The position numbers and the translations under genes are program-made. Of a stretch of 64,000 bases of DNA, positions 1-8,848 are shown in pieces. The stretch lies in assembly GCA_963708185.1 (NCBI GenBank), contig OY970195.1:960001-1024000 (forward strand), given 5' to 3'. This DNA comes from Candidatus Peregrinibacteria bacterium. Lineage in GTDB: Bacteria; Patescibacteriota; Gracilibacteria; UBA1369. The notes beneath the pieces are model-generated. The model was not told where the DNA came from. It saw nothing but the letters and a program-made list of their open reading frames with translations, and ran no database searches. How positions within the stretch are numbered: position 1 is the first letter of the stretch; the number at the start of each line of letters is the position of its first letter.

Positions 1-247
1 TCCCTTTCTTTTTTGCGCTGGATATCACAATTTGTGATATCCAAATTTGCATTTCCTTCTCGGTTAATTGAAACATGAAATCTGCGGGAAAACGCTTTAT
101 ATTTCTCCTAACAGCCTGGTTCAAAACCCTTGTTTCCACGCCATAAAGAATCGCCAAATCTTTATCAAAAATAACTTTCTTACCGCGTAGAAAAAATATT
201 TTTGCCTGGATGATTTCGTCGTGAACGATCTGTTGTGATGATGCCAT
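1..247 (-). CDS. ORF6N-domain (KilA-N-like) DNA-binding protein, 3' end runs off the window
   Basis: Manual translation from ATG at 247: [65 protein letters not shown]..., the typical ORF6N signature (RG.KV..D.DLA.LYGVET..LNQAV.RN..RFP.DFMFQL). Not in the ORF track. Confidence 0.9.
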   Translation of the reverse strand, partial: MASSQQIVHDEIIQAKIFFLRGKKVIFDKDLAILYGVETRVLNQAVRRNIKRFPADFMFQLTEKEMQIWISQIVISSAKKKG

Positions 248-326
248 GGCGTTATTTTAGTGTCGTGGGATGAACGAAAGATAAACTTTTCTTAAATTAG
301 CATTGATGGCTTGGCCTAATACATAT

Positions 327-365
327 ACAAAAGGCCCCCGCCTTTGAGGGCGGGGGCCTTTGTTT
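327..365 (-). terminator. Rho-independent terminator of the S-layer gene
   Basis: GC-rich hairpin AAAGGCCCCCGCC/GGCGGGGGCCTTT followed by a T-run on the minus strand, about 45 nt after the S-layer stop. Confidence 0.85.
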
Positions 366-406
366 GCATGTGAGACTTGCGTCTTTTATGCGACCGTCAG
401 GTCAAA

Positions 407-3400
407 CTATGTTGTGACCTTAGCGGTGTAACCCTGCATAGCCGTCTGGAAGATATACGCGCCAGCACCGAGAATGTCTTGCTGGACGTTATCGCTCCAT
501 TCGAGAGACAGAGGGTCAGAGACGACGCTTGCGGATACCTGGTTACCACCAGCACTTGGAACCATTGTTGAAGTGTCGCAGATAGCCTGGAGTTCAACAG
601 TTGTTCCGTTAGCAATGGTGAGACCGTTCGTGTCGAATTCGAATGCTACGAATTCCGTAGCACCACCAGCTGTTGCAACGGTTGCGAGCGTCTGCGTACC
701 ACCAGTGACTTTGTCAAGGCGGCAAGTAGAAGCGTTCAATGCAACGTTACCGGAAAGTTTCATCACGAGCTGGTTGCCAGAGTCAACCGACAAACCTGCA
801 ATTGTAGCAGCTGTGTTGGAAACGTTTCCGTTTGCAGCGAATTTGACCTGGTCGCCGACAGCCGTAACGTTCATGTCAAGCAACACAGTGTTGCTGTTCG
901 GACTGACTGCAGGAGCGCCAACCGGTACAAGATTTGCGACCTGAGGGATCGAACGGAAGAGCTTGCTGAGGTTGCCATGGAGCGGGAAGCGTGCGCTACC
1001 AGCAGCTGGCAAGAATGCAGCACCTGTTCCAAGAACCGGAACAACAGTATCGGCTGCGTTGTCGCAGACGGTAGTAGAACCGCCGAGGGTCGGATCAACG
1101 CAGAGGCTGTATCCGGTACCAGCGGCATTGCTGTACATATCGCCCTGGACTACGTCTGTACCTGCAGGGGATGCGACGGCAATGGTTGAACGTGTCACCG
1201 TAGCCCCGATGTTATGGGAAGCAACGACCGAGTTGGCGAAGCCTCTGATGACGTTGGCAGCCGGGAGAACCGCCGGGTCGGTGCTTACGTTCGCACCATT
1301 GTAGAACATGACTTCATTGTCAACATTGAAGACGTCACCCGCAGTGAAGGTAAGAGTTGAAGGGTTGGCGAATTCAATATTTTCAGTGGAGTGACCAGCC
1401 GTCAAGGTTGTGGTCATCGCCACGTTGAGTGCGCTGGTCTGGACGCCGGTGGTAGCCGGGTCGAGATCACCTGCGTATTTTGGCGCGATGTTTTCACCTG
1501 CTCCGCTGGTCACCTTGGTGAGGTTCAAGAGAGCCAAACCAATGTTGGAACCGGAAAGCGGCTGGGTCGTACCGTCGGTGTTCACCGTGCCGGTCGTAGC
1601 CAGTGCGCAGAGTGTGTAGGTTGCGTTCGAAGTCACAGCCTCGTTGAGGTCGGTGATCTTCACGACAGCGCCTGTACCAACCGGGGTCGGAACATAACCG
1701 CTGACGCTACCAACCTGTGTACCACCGCCGCAAAGATTAGCATTTGGGTTCTTGTAGAGTTTGACATTGCTGATGGTTGAACCAGATGTGCTTTCTACAG
1801 CGAACTGCATGTCTTTGAGCGTTGGGTTTTCATTCACGGAAGTGAATGTCCAGCGGCCGACTTCAACCTGCTGAGCACCTGCCAAAGCGGCAGAGTTCGA
1901 GCTGGAAGATGTGGCAACCGTACCGCTACCGCTACCAGCGACAGTCATGACGACTGAACCGGCACCGAGACCGCCGTTTTGAGCGTTGGTCACGATTGCG
2001 GAAGAAGCAACGGTCTGACCGTTCTGATCAATTGCCGTCACGTTCGTGTTGGAAGTGAGAGCAAACTTGATGTCGTTACCGGTAACACCGGTTGGAGCGA
2101 ACGGAGCGCTGTTGCTGATATGACCCTTCAAGGTCAGGTTGAGTGTCTGACCCTTTGGAACAACCAGGTTGAGGTTGTTGAACACAACGGTACCGTCGGC
2201 AGCGTTGATGTTCTTGAAGTCAGAGATCTTTGTTGTGCCATCGTAGAGGGCAACGCTGTTGTCCACGATGTTGTTTGCCTGAACGCCGTTTTCAGCGCCG
2301 GCAACGAACGTACCATCCTGGTTGTTATCAACGTAACCCGTCAACGTGATGCTCTTCAGGGTGTTGTCCAAAGACGAACCAGATGTAAGAGCGAGACCGA
2401 CCAATGCAGCATCGTTTGTACCGCGGGTGTAGGTCTGAGTTGTCGGAGTTGTAGCAAGGTTGATGGTAAGACCGGAAGCGCTGACATTGAAGAGGTTACC
2501 GGCAATATCTGCGTTCGGGGTGATGGAGTTGGCACCCAACTGGTCGCCGTTCACGTCGCGAACCGCGTCGGACTGGCCTACCAGGTTCAAGAGAGTACAT
2601 TTGAGCTGATCGCCATCCATGGCTGCGTTGGACGCAACATTGACGGTGACGGCAGCGTTGATGCTTTCACCCGAGTGGATGGTTGCATCACCGGAAAGGA
2701 TAACATCCTGAGATGAATCGCTTCCTGCAGTGCTCAATTCGTTGGATCCGAGCAGTGTTCCGCCCAGAGTACCGTCAGAATTGATTTCTGCGAGTTTGAT
2801 GAGGGTGTAGTTTGCAGTACCTGCGGTGTTATCAATGAGACCATTGAGTGGACCTACGGCACTTGTGATAGCGAGGTTAACTTTCCAGTCTTTGATGTCA
2901 ACGTCATCGCCAGCCTGGTTCGTAATGGTCAGGTCGAGACAGTGAGCTGTCTGCTGGCCGATTGCGATATCGCCTGCGGAAGGACCGTTGAAGGCAATGT
3001 TGAAGGCTGAACCCTTGACGGTTACATCAGAGAAGTTTGCAGGAGCTGAACCGTCGAATCCGGCAGTGTTGACCTGTTCGCCGAAGCCGAAGGTGCTACC
3101 AACCATGAGAAGGTCGGTGGTTTCATCAAGATAGGTCTTGATGTCATCTCCGTTGCGACCCTTTACGTCAGCAGTGACGAAGAAGATCTTTCTCTGGCCG
3201 CGTCCGATCTTGTATGGAGCGGTTGGAACGAAGGTTGCAAGGCTGTTGGTCGTAATGCTGTCAACAGTTGCAATTGGAGTTGTAGCGTTGTCCTCAGAGT
3301 ACAGCTTGAGGTTGCTCAAGTCTGTCGGGCGGATGGAACCGCGAACATAGAGGGCAATGCGCTGAAGGTTTGCATCTTCACTTCCATCCATTTCGATCTG

Positions 3401-4891
3401 GAACTGGGAAATGCGGGCCTGCTGCTGGCCAACGGTGATTTCATCAAGAGAACCGTTTGCAGTGAGGGTAGCAGTACCTACTGTACCACCTGCAACAGTC
3501 ATCAAGTTGCCGTAAAGCGGGAATGAACCGCCTACGCTGCTAGCATTTGTCGTGATAGCAGTCACAGCGTCGAGACCGAAGGAGTGCTGAGCAGCACCCT
3601 GAGCACCTACTGAAAGATCAGCAACCACGCAGAGTTTTGCCATACCACCAGCGGCAACGCTTACATTGATGTTGTTGAATTCAACGTTCTGAGTTTCAGA
3701 GTTGATCGTTCTGCCAGTTGTTAAACGAGCAGCATCGTTGTAAAGGTAGACGTTTGAGAAGTCACCCTGTGAACCAGGGCCACTGCGGTGAACAACCAAA
3801 GATTGTACAACCGTAGCGTCGGAACCCGCGGAGAAATCCCAGCAGGTGAAGACGATACCGGAAGCACCCTTTGGAGCTGCCATAGCAGCCGGAGTGTTCG
3901 GATCAAGAGCAACCGTCAAAGGACCGCCAACTCCAAGTGGGTTGTACCCATTGAAGTTTACGATGCCATTGTCGAGAGCTTTGCCGCTCGCAGACATCAC
4001 ACCGGTAACGGTGAGAGTATAAGGTCTGTTCGCAGTCTGTGAAGCTGTGGTCAAAGTGACCGTGTCAGCGCTCACGGAAGCAGCTGTTACAGCGAGGGTG
4101 TTGTTATTAGCATCCATAATGCTGTAGTTGGCTGGATCAGCACCGGTCGTAGGATCTACATCCTGGCTGAACATAACGTCAACCATGGTTGCAGAAGTCG
4201 CTGAAGCTGTCTGAGCATTGAATGCGCCAGATGAGCCACGTGGTACTGGGTTCATGGCACCAACAACCATCTTCGCGATTTCAGCGCGGTTGATGTTCTT
4301 GCCAGGACCAAAAGTACCATCAGGGTAACCGTCAACAACAGAGTTGTTGTAGAGGGTTTCGATGAAGCTGTAAGACCAGCGATCGGTTCCGACATCAGGG
4401 AAGTGTGGACCTCCGGTTGTGTCTGATGTCATAGCCATTGCGTTTACAGCCATCTTTGCGAACTGTTCGCGAGTGACTGAATCGCCAGGGCCGAAATTGC
4501 CGGTAAGGTTACCAGCAGTATCTTTGTAACCGCTAACAACACCATTTTTAGCAGCGGTTTCAACATATTGATAATACCAAGCGCCAGGAGCTACATCCTT
4601 GAAGGATGGACCGGCAGAAGTGTCGATTGTCAAACCAGCAGCCTCAACGAGAAGCTTTGCAGCTTCCGCACGATTTGCGAGGTCAGCAGGTCTGTACATT
4701 GTCTGTGTGGTATCGAGGATACCAGCAGCAGCAAGTTGTTCTACATAGGTGTAGAACCATGCATCAGCTGGAACGTCTGTGTAGGTAGCCGCTTGAGCAA
4801 CACCGCTTACCGCAAAAGATGCGAGCAATGTCACGATGCTAAGGCTAGCTACAAAACGGCGAGCTTTTTGCACACCTGTAGCAATATCCAT
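407..4891 (-). CDS. Major S-layer protein (signal peptide, 3 N-terminal SLH domains, Ig-like repeats)
   Basis: 1494 aa; signal peptide ending AQA-A; SLH motifs (YTDVPADAWFYTYV, FKDVAPGAWYYQYV..VTREQFAKM, FPDV..YPDGTFGPGKNINRAEIAKM); Thr/Ala/Gly/Asn-rich; codon usage typical of a highly expressed gene. Confidence 0.9.
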   Translation of the reverse strand: MDIATGVQKARRFVASLSIVTLLASFAVSGVAQAATYTDVPADAWFYTYVEQLAAAGILDTTQTMYRPADLANRAEAAKLLVEAAGLTIDTSAGPSFKDVAPGAWYYQYVETAAKNGVVSGYKDTAGNLTGNFGPGDSVTREQFAKMAVNAMAMTSDTTGGPHFPDVGTDRWSYSFIETLYNNSVVDGYPDGTFGPGKNINRAEIAKMVVGAMNPVPRGSSGAFNAQTASATSATMVDVMFSQDVDPTTGADPANYSIMDANNNTLAVTAASVSADTVTLTTASQTANRPYTLTVTGVMSASGKALDNGIVNFNGYNPLGVGGPLTVALDPNTPAAMAAPKGASGIVFTCWDFSAGSDATVVQSLVVHRSGPGSQGDFSNVYLYNDAARLTTGRTINSETQNVEFNNINVSVAAGGMAKLCVVADLSVGAQGAAQHSFGLDAVTAITTNASSVGGSFPLYGNLMTVAGGTVGTATLTANGSLDEITVGQQQARISQFQIEMDGSEDANLQRIALYVRGSIRPTDLSNLKLYSEDNATTPIATVDSITTNSLATFVPTAPYKIGRGQRKIFFVTADVKGRNGDDIKTYLDETTDLLMVGSTFGFGEQVNTAGFDGSAPANFSDVTVKGSAFNIAFNGPSAGDIAIGQQTAHCLDLTITNQAGDDVDIKDWKVNLAITSAVGPLNGLIDNTAGTANYTLIKLAEINSDGTLGGTLLGSNELSTAGSDSSQDVILSGDATIHSGESINAAVTVNVASNAAMDGDQLKCTLLNLVGQSDAVRDVNGDQLGANSITPNADIAGNLFNVSASGLTINLATTPTTQTYTRGTNDAALVGLALTSGSSLDNTLKSITLTGYVDNNQDGTFVAGAENGVQANNIVDNSVALYDGTTKISDFKNINAADGTVVFNNLNLVVPKGQTLNLTLKGHISNSAPFAPTGVTGNDIKFALTSNTNVTAIDQNGQTVASSAIVTNAQNGGLGAGSVVMTVAGSGSGTVATSSSSNSAALAGAQQVEVGRWTFTSVNENPTLKDMQFAVESTSGSTISNVKLYKNPNANLCGGGTQVGSVSGYVPTPVGTGAVVKITDLNEAVTSNATYTLCALATTGTVNTDGTTQPLSGSNIGLALLNLTKVTSGAGENIAPKYAGDLDPATTGVQTSALNVAMTTTLTAGHSTENIEFANPSTLTFTAGDVFNVDNEVMFYNGANVSTDPAVLPAANVIRGFANSVVASHNIGATVTRSTIAVASPAGTDVVQGDMYSNAAGTGYSLCVDPTLGGSTTVCDNAADTVVPVLGTGAAFLPAAGSARFPLHGNLSKLFRSIPQVANLVPVGAPAVSPNSNTVLLDMNVTAVGDQVKFAANGNVSNTAATIAGLSVDSGNQLVMKLSGNVALNASTCRLDKVTGGTQTLATVATAGGATEFVAFEFDTNGLTIANGTTVELQAICDTSTMVPSAGGNQVSASVVSDPLSLEWSDNVQQDILGAGAYIFQTAMQGYTAKVTT

Positions 4892-5265
4892 AGGGGATAG
4901 TGAATTAGGAAATAAAGATAGATAAACAGAGATAGATATCGAAGGAAGATTCTAAGGCCTTGCCCGAAGGCTTGAATATAAGGCCTGCGTAAATTTAAGT
5001 ATAAATTTAACGAGAGAGCTTTTGGCTCTTACGAGTATATAAGGAGTACCTTAACCATTTTCCTTGTTTTCAAAGATCGAATTGGTATATCAACTGTCAG
5101 TATTTAGTTTGATGCGCTCGGCGGTGGCAGAGCCACACGCCTGCGCCCTCGCGCCATGCGCTCGGTGGTGCATTCGGATGCTTTTTTCGGCTTCTCTCTC
5201 AGGTTCGTACACGACATTCAGCACAGGGCACAAGTGCCCCTGTCCTGAAATGAGGTTCACGCGAA

Positions 5266-5294
5266 AATTTATCAAAACGGGCTATTAAAGTCAA
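5266..5294 (-). promoter_or_regulatory. Sigma70-type promoter for the S-layer gene, giving a leader of about 365 nt
   Basis: Minus strand TTGACT-17 nt-TAAATT. Confidence 0.55.
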
Positions 5295-5511
5295 CAAATC
5301 ACAGTTGGCCTTTTCCGCAAGGAGCCTAGCATTTTTCCTTATGGGGGCCGGTCGGATTTTTGCTTGTCATTGCACTAATCTTTTTCGTGAGTGACTCGCC
5401 TTGTAGAACTTAAAAGGAATTTATTTGTTTCAAAAAATAGGGTGACAAAATTTAAAAATGTTTTATCCTTAGGTGCTTTTTGTATTTTTTGGGACCGTTG
5501 GGGTCGGTGAC

Positions 5512-5540
5512 TTGAAAGGCGGGTGGCGAGAGGGTATCAT
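5512..5540 (+). promoter_or_regulatory. Sigma70-type promoter for tRNA-Glu/dnaJ
   Basis: TTGAAA-17 nt-TATCAT, 13 nt upstream of the tRNA. Confidence 0.65.
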
Positions 5541-5553
5541 CTCGAGGCTACTT

Positions 5554-5629
5554 GGTCCTATCGTCTAGTGGCCCAGGACGCCACCCTCTCACGGTGGAAA
5601 CACGGGTTCGACTCCCGTTAGGACTACCA
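5554..5629 (+). tRNA. tRNA-Glu (anticodon CTC)
   Basis: 76 nt; acceptor GGTCCTA/TAGGACT, anticodon arm CCACC-CTCTCAC-GGTGG, GGTTCGACTCC T-arm, encoded CCA. Confidence 0.95.
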
Positions 5630-5659
5630 AAAAATGCTTTCCGGATTTTAACTGACATC

Positions 5660-6799
5660 ATGGCAAAAGACCTTTACGAAATACTGGGAGTCGCCAAAGG
5701 AGCTTCCGATCAGGAGATTAAAAAAGCTTACCGCAAGCTGGCTTTGCAATACCATCCCGATAAAAACAAAGGCAATAAAGATGCCGAGACCAGGTTCAAG
5801 GAGATCAACCAGGCCTATGAAGTGCTTTCCGACAAGCAAAAACGCGCCCAGTACGATCAGTTCGGAGCCGCCGGAGCACAAGGCTTTGGAGGCGGCGGGC
5901 AGGGTTTCAACGGCCAGAACTTCGATTTTTCGCAATTCCAGGATATGGGCGGGTTCGCGGATATATTTGAAACGTTTTTCGGCCAGCAATCCGGACGTTC
6001 GCAGCGCAGGAAGCGCGGTCCGACGCCGGGGGAACACATCGAGTTCGAACTGAACATCAGTTTTGAGGAAGCGGTATTTGGAACCGAAAAAGAGCTTCTG
6101 GTGGAAAAAACCATCACCTGCGACCGCTGCAAGGGCACGGGCGCCGAACCGGGCAGTAAAAGCATCAGCTGTCCTTTGTGTAGGGGGACCGGAGAGATCC
6201 GCACGATACGGCAGACCCTTTTCGGGCAGATGGCGACCTCGCAGATCTGTCCCGACTGTTACGGAGAAGGCCACGTCCATGAAAAGAAGTGCACGCTCTG
6301 CCACGGTTCGACGCGCATCCGCAAGAACGAAAAAGTCCGCGTCAAAATTCCTGCAGGTGTGGACAACGGCTCCACGATCCGTTTGAGCGGCAAGGGCGAA
6401 GCCGGCATGTATGCCGGCGCTTCCGGCGACCTCTACGTCCATATCAAGGTGACGCCGAGCAAGAAGTTCATCCGCAACAACTACGATATTCATACGATTG
6501 TGAACATCCACCTCATCCAGGCGGTGCTCGGCGACGACGTGGAAGTGGAAACCATCCACGGCAAAGTGAAGTTGAAGATTCCCGCGGGCACCCAGAGCGG
6601 TAAAGTCTTCAAACTCAAAAATTACGGCGTCCAAAAACTGAAGTCCGACGACAAAGGCGACCATTACGTCAAAGTCATCGTGGATATTCCAAGTAAACTT
6701 TCGCGCAAGGAAAAGGAACTTTACACCCAGCTCGCCGAGGAAGCCCACCTTCATACCAGAGGCGGGAAGGATGGTTTGTTCAGTAAAATCATGGGGTGA
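5660..6799 (+). CDS. dnaJ: Molecular chaperone DnaJ
   Basis: J domain with HPD, G/F region, four CxxCxGxG-type Zn-finger repeats; true start [10 protein letters not shown] at 5660. Confidence 0.97.
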   Translation: MAKDLYEILGVAKGASDQEIKKAYRKLALQYHPDKNKGNKDAETRFKEINQAYEVLSDKQKRAQYDQFGAAGAQGFGGGGQGFNGQNFDFSQFQDMGGFADIFETFFGQQSGRSQRRKRGPTPGEHIEFELNISFEEAVFGTEKELLVEKTITCDRCKGTGAEPGSKSISCPLCRGTGEIRTIRQTLFGQMATSQICPDCYGEGHVHEKKCTLCHGSTRIRKNEKVRVKIPAGVDNGSTIRLSGKGEAGMYAGASGDLYVHIKVTPSKKFIRNNYDIHTIVNIHLIQAVLGDDVEVETIHGKVKLKIPAGTQSGKVFKLKNYGVQKLKSDDKGDHYVKVIVDIPSKLSRKEKELYTQLAEEAHLHTRGGKDGLFSKIMG

Positions 6800-6889
6800 A
6801 GCCGTGTGCGCGGCTGGAATTTTCGATTGCAGCTTTTCAGTAAACTCATGTTCGGGTATAATTGTGGTCAACTGCTTTAGTTACTTCCG

Positions 6890-7459
6890 ATGAACCTCCA
6901 TCTGTCCTGGGATCTTTTCATTCTTGTTTTTTTCGCGGTTGTCGTCGCCTACAGTTTTATTATCGGCAGAAACCAGACGCTCAAGGTCATCCTCGGGACG
7001 TACGTTTCCATTCTGTGCGCGGACGGTCTCGGAAATCTGTTCGCCAGATACCTCGCGCCGTCGCAGGCTTTTCTGCGTTTCATGAAACTTTTCGCCGTGG
7101 GCAGTGAAGACCAGGCCATCATCTTTTTCAAGGTGCTGATTTTCCTGGTGCTCATCGTTCTGATTTCGATCCGCGGGATGTTCCAGGTTGAATCGGAAGA
7201 GCACGGTTCGATGAGCGTGAGAATCATCGTGCTGTTTTTGCTGGGACTCATGAGCGCGGGGTTGATGATGAGCACGGTGCTCGTTTTCATTTCCGGCTCT
7301 TCGTTGATCGGAACGGATATCACCGGCGGGAATATTCTGCTGGAAGTTTACAACGATTCACGCCTGGTGAGGATCATGGTGGATTTTGCCAACGTCTGGT
7401 TCTTTTTACCCGGAATAGCTTTCATAATTCTCGGCATCCTCCACAAAAAATCGGCTTGA
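6890..7459 (+). CDS. Multi-pass membrane protein (weakly CvpA-like)
   Basis: 189 aa, about 5 hydrophobic helices, N-terminal WDLFIL...G pattern. Confidence 0.7.
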   Translation: MNLHLSWDLFILVFFAVVVAYSFIIGRNQTLKVILGTYVSILCADGLGNLFARYLAPSQAFLRFMKLFAVGSEDQAIIFFKVLIFLVLIVLISIRGMFQVESEEHGSMSVRIIVLFLLGLMSAGLMMSTVLVFISGSSLIGTDITGGNILLEVYNDSRLVRIMVDFANVWFFLPGIAFIILGILHKKSA

Positions 7460-7484
7460 AAAACTGAAGCGTCATCCGTAGAAT
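7456..7484 (+). promoter_or_regulatory. Sigma70-type promoter for tRNA-Lys
   Basis: TTGAAA-17 nt-TAGAAT. Confidence 0.6.
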
Positions 7485-7557
7485 GATGGGGCTTTTTTCA
7501 TGTGAAGGCGATTTACGTGGGTCAGTAGCATAAGCTACAGCCCCACGTTGCACTCTT

Positions 7558-7633
7558 GGGTCAGTAGCTCAGTCGGTAGAGCAGCTCCCTTTTAAGGAGA
7601 TGGTCCCCGGTTCGATCCCGGGCTGACCCACCA
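7558..7633 (+). tRNA. tRNA-Lys (anticodon TTT)
   Basis: 76 nt; acceptor GGGTCAG/CTGACCC, loop CTTTTAA, GGTTCGATCCC T-arm, encoded CCA. Confidence 0.95.
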
Positions 7634-7660
7634 GGTTTTCAAAAAAATTTTACTTACGCG

Positions 7661-7695
7661 ACCACACCTCTGCGCAGTGAAGCAAGGTGGTTTTT
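7661..7695 (+). terminator. Possible terminator after tRNA-Lys
   Basis: Imperfect hairpin ACCACACCT...AGGTGGT followed by a T-run. Confidence 0.35.
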
Positions 7696-7766
7696 GGGTA
7701 AGCGCTTGATTACACAAGCATGAAATTACTATAATGAGACATCTTTTATCCCGTCATTTTATTTTC

Positions 7767-8198
7767 ATGGCTGAAACTCTTCTCACGATCCAGGAAGCGG
7801 CTGCCATAACAGGAAAATCCATCCAGACGATCCGCCGCGCCATCAAAGCACGCAAGATTACTTCCAAGAGAAAAAAGACTCCGCAGGGGTTTAACTACAT
7901 GGTTACCCAGGACAGCGTCGCTTCGTTCTACAAAGTGAATATGAGAGCGTTCAACAAAGATCGTGAACAAGGGTCCGTGAAAGAGAAAGGGGTCAGCAAA
8001 GACGGCGCGTACGCCACACTCCATGACCTGCAATCCCTTGAAAAAGAGGTCGCGGGGCTTCTTGATGAATACAAAAAAGAAAAGGAAAGCTTTATGCGCT
8101 TCATGAAAGCGTTCCAGGAACGCTTCGTGGTTTTGGAAAACCAGCTGAAGCTCCTGGAAGAGCCCAAGAAGAGGTCGTGGTATCAGTTTTGGAAGTAG
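7767..8198 (+). CDS. MerR/excisionase-like HTH protein with coiled coil and aromatic basic C-terminal tail
   Basis: LLTIQEAAAITGKSIQTIRRAIK HTH; heptad region; ends KKRSWYQFWK; TTGATT-18-TATAAT upstream. Confidence 0.75.
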   Translation: MAETLLTIQEAAAITGKSIQTIRRAIKARKITSKRKKTPQGFNYMVTQDSVASFYKVNMRAFNKDREQGSVKEKGVSKDGAYATLHDLQSLEKEVAGLLDEYKKEKESFMRFMKAFQERFVVLENQLKLLEEPKKRSWYQFWK

Positions 8199-8202
8199 AA
8201 CT

Positions 8203-8826
8203 TTATTGTATAAGCACTGCGCGGGCAGGAGCGCCGTCGAGGCCTTTTGTGCGCAACGGTAAGCCGATAAAAAAGTAGCGGCCGGGTTTGATTTTGGAAA
8301 GGTCCAGGCCTTCAAAAATTGGGATGTTCTTTTTGAGCAGTGAGGTATGCGGGCGGTTGTCGGGACTGCCTTTTTGTTTGATGGAAAGGTAGTCGATACC
8401 GAAGAGGCGGATGTTTTTTTGGGCGAGGTAATCGGCCGCGTCGCCGTCCAGATACACGTAGTCCTTGTAAAAGTTTTTGAAGCCTCGTTTGGAGTTGGAG
8501 GTTTTGACGAGAATGCGTTCGCCTTTTTTGACGCGGGCTTTCCGGAGGTTTTTGACGGTAATACCTTTTTTGACTTTGGTCATGTCCAAGACGCGACATT
8601 CGCCGATGAGACTTTGGATATCCAGGGAATCAACGCCCTTGCCTTTGGGAAAAACGTGCTTTGGAGCATCCACATGCGTTCCGGCGTGGGAGCCGATGGT
8701 GATTTCCGAACTCACTGAGGTGCGGCTGTTGATGGGTCTGGCACGGAATTCGGTGTTTTCCGGGTACACGGCCATGCCCTGGTAGAGCGGGAGCGAAATG
8801 TCGTAGACTTTGAAATCTTTTTTCAT
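8203..8826 (-). CDS. Cyclase family metal-dependent hydrolase (KynB-like)
   Basis: HAGTHVDAPKH motif, GIDYLS, C-terminal GLDGAPARA. Confidence 0.9.
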   Translation of the reverse strand: MKKDFKVYDISLPLYQGMAVYPENTEFRARPINSRTSVSSEITIGSHAGTHVDAPKHVFPKGKGVDSLDIQSLIGECRVLDMTKVKKGITVKNLRKARVKKGERILVKTSNSKRGFKNFYKDYVYLDGDAADYLAQKNIRLFGIDYLSIKQKGSPDNRPHTSLLKKNIPIFEGLDLSKIKPGRYFFIGLPLRTKGLDGAPARAVLIQ

Positions 8827-8848
8827 GGAAGAGCGAGTGATGATGCCA

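Noticed and set aside
5552-5659. N-terminal extension of DnaJ in the ORF track
   Set aside because: It is read-through across tRNA-Glu; DnaJ homology starts at ATG 5660
7558-8198. Prophage or integrative element at tRNA-Lys
   Set aside because: No integrase or tRNA 3'-end duplication nearby; the flanks are housekeeping genes
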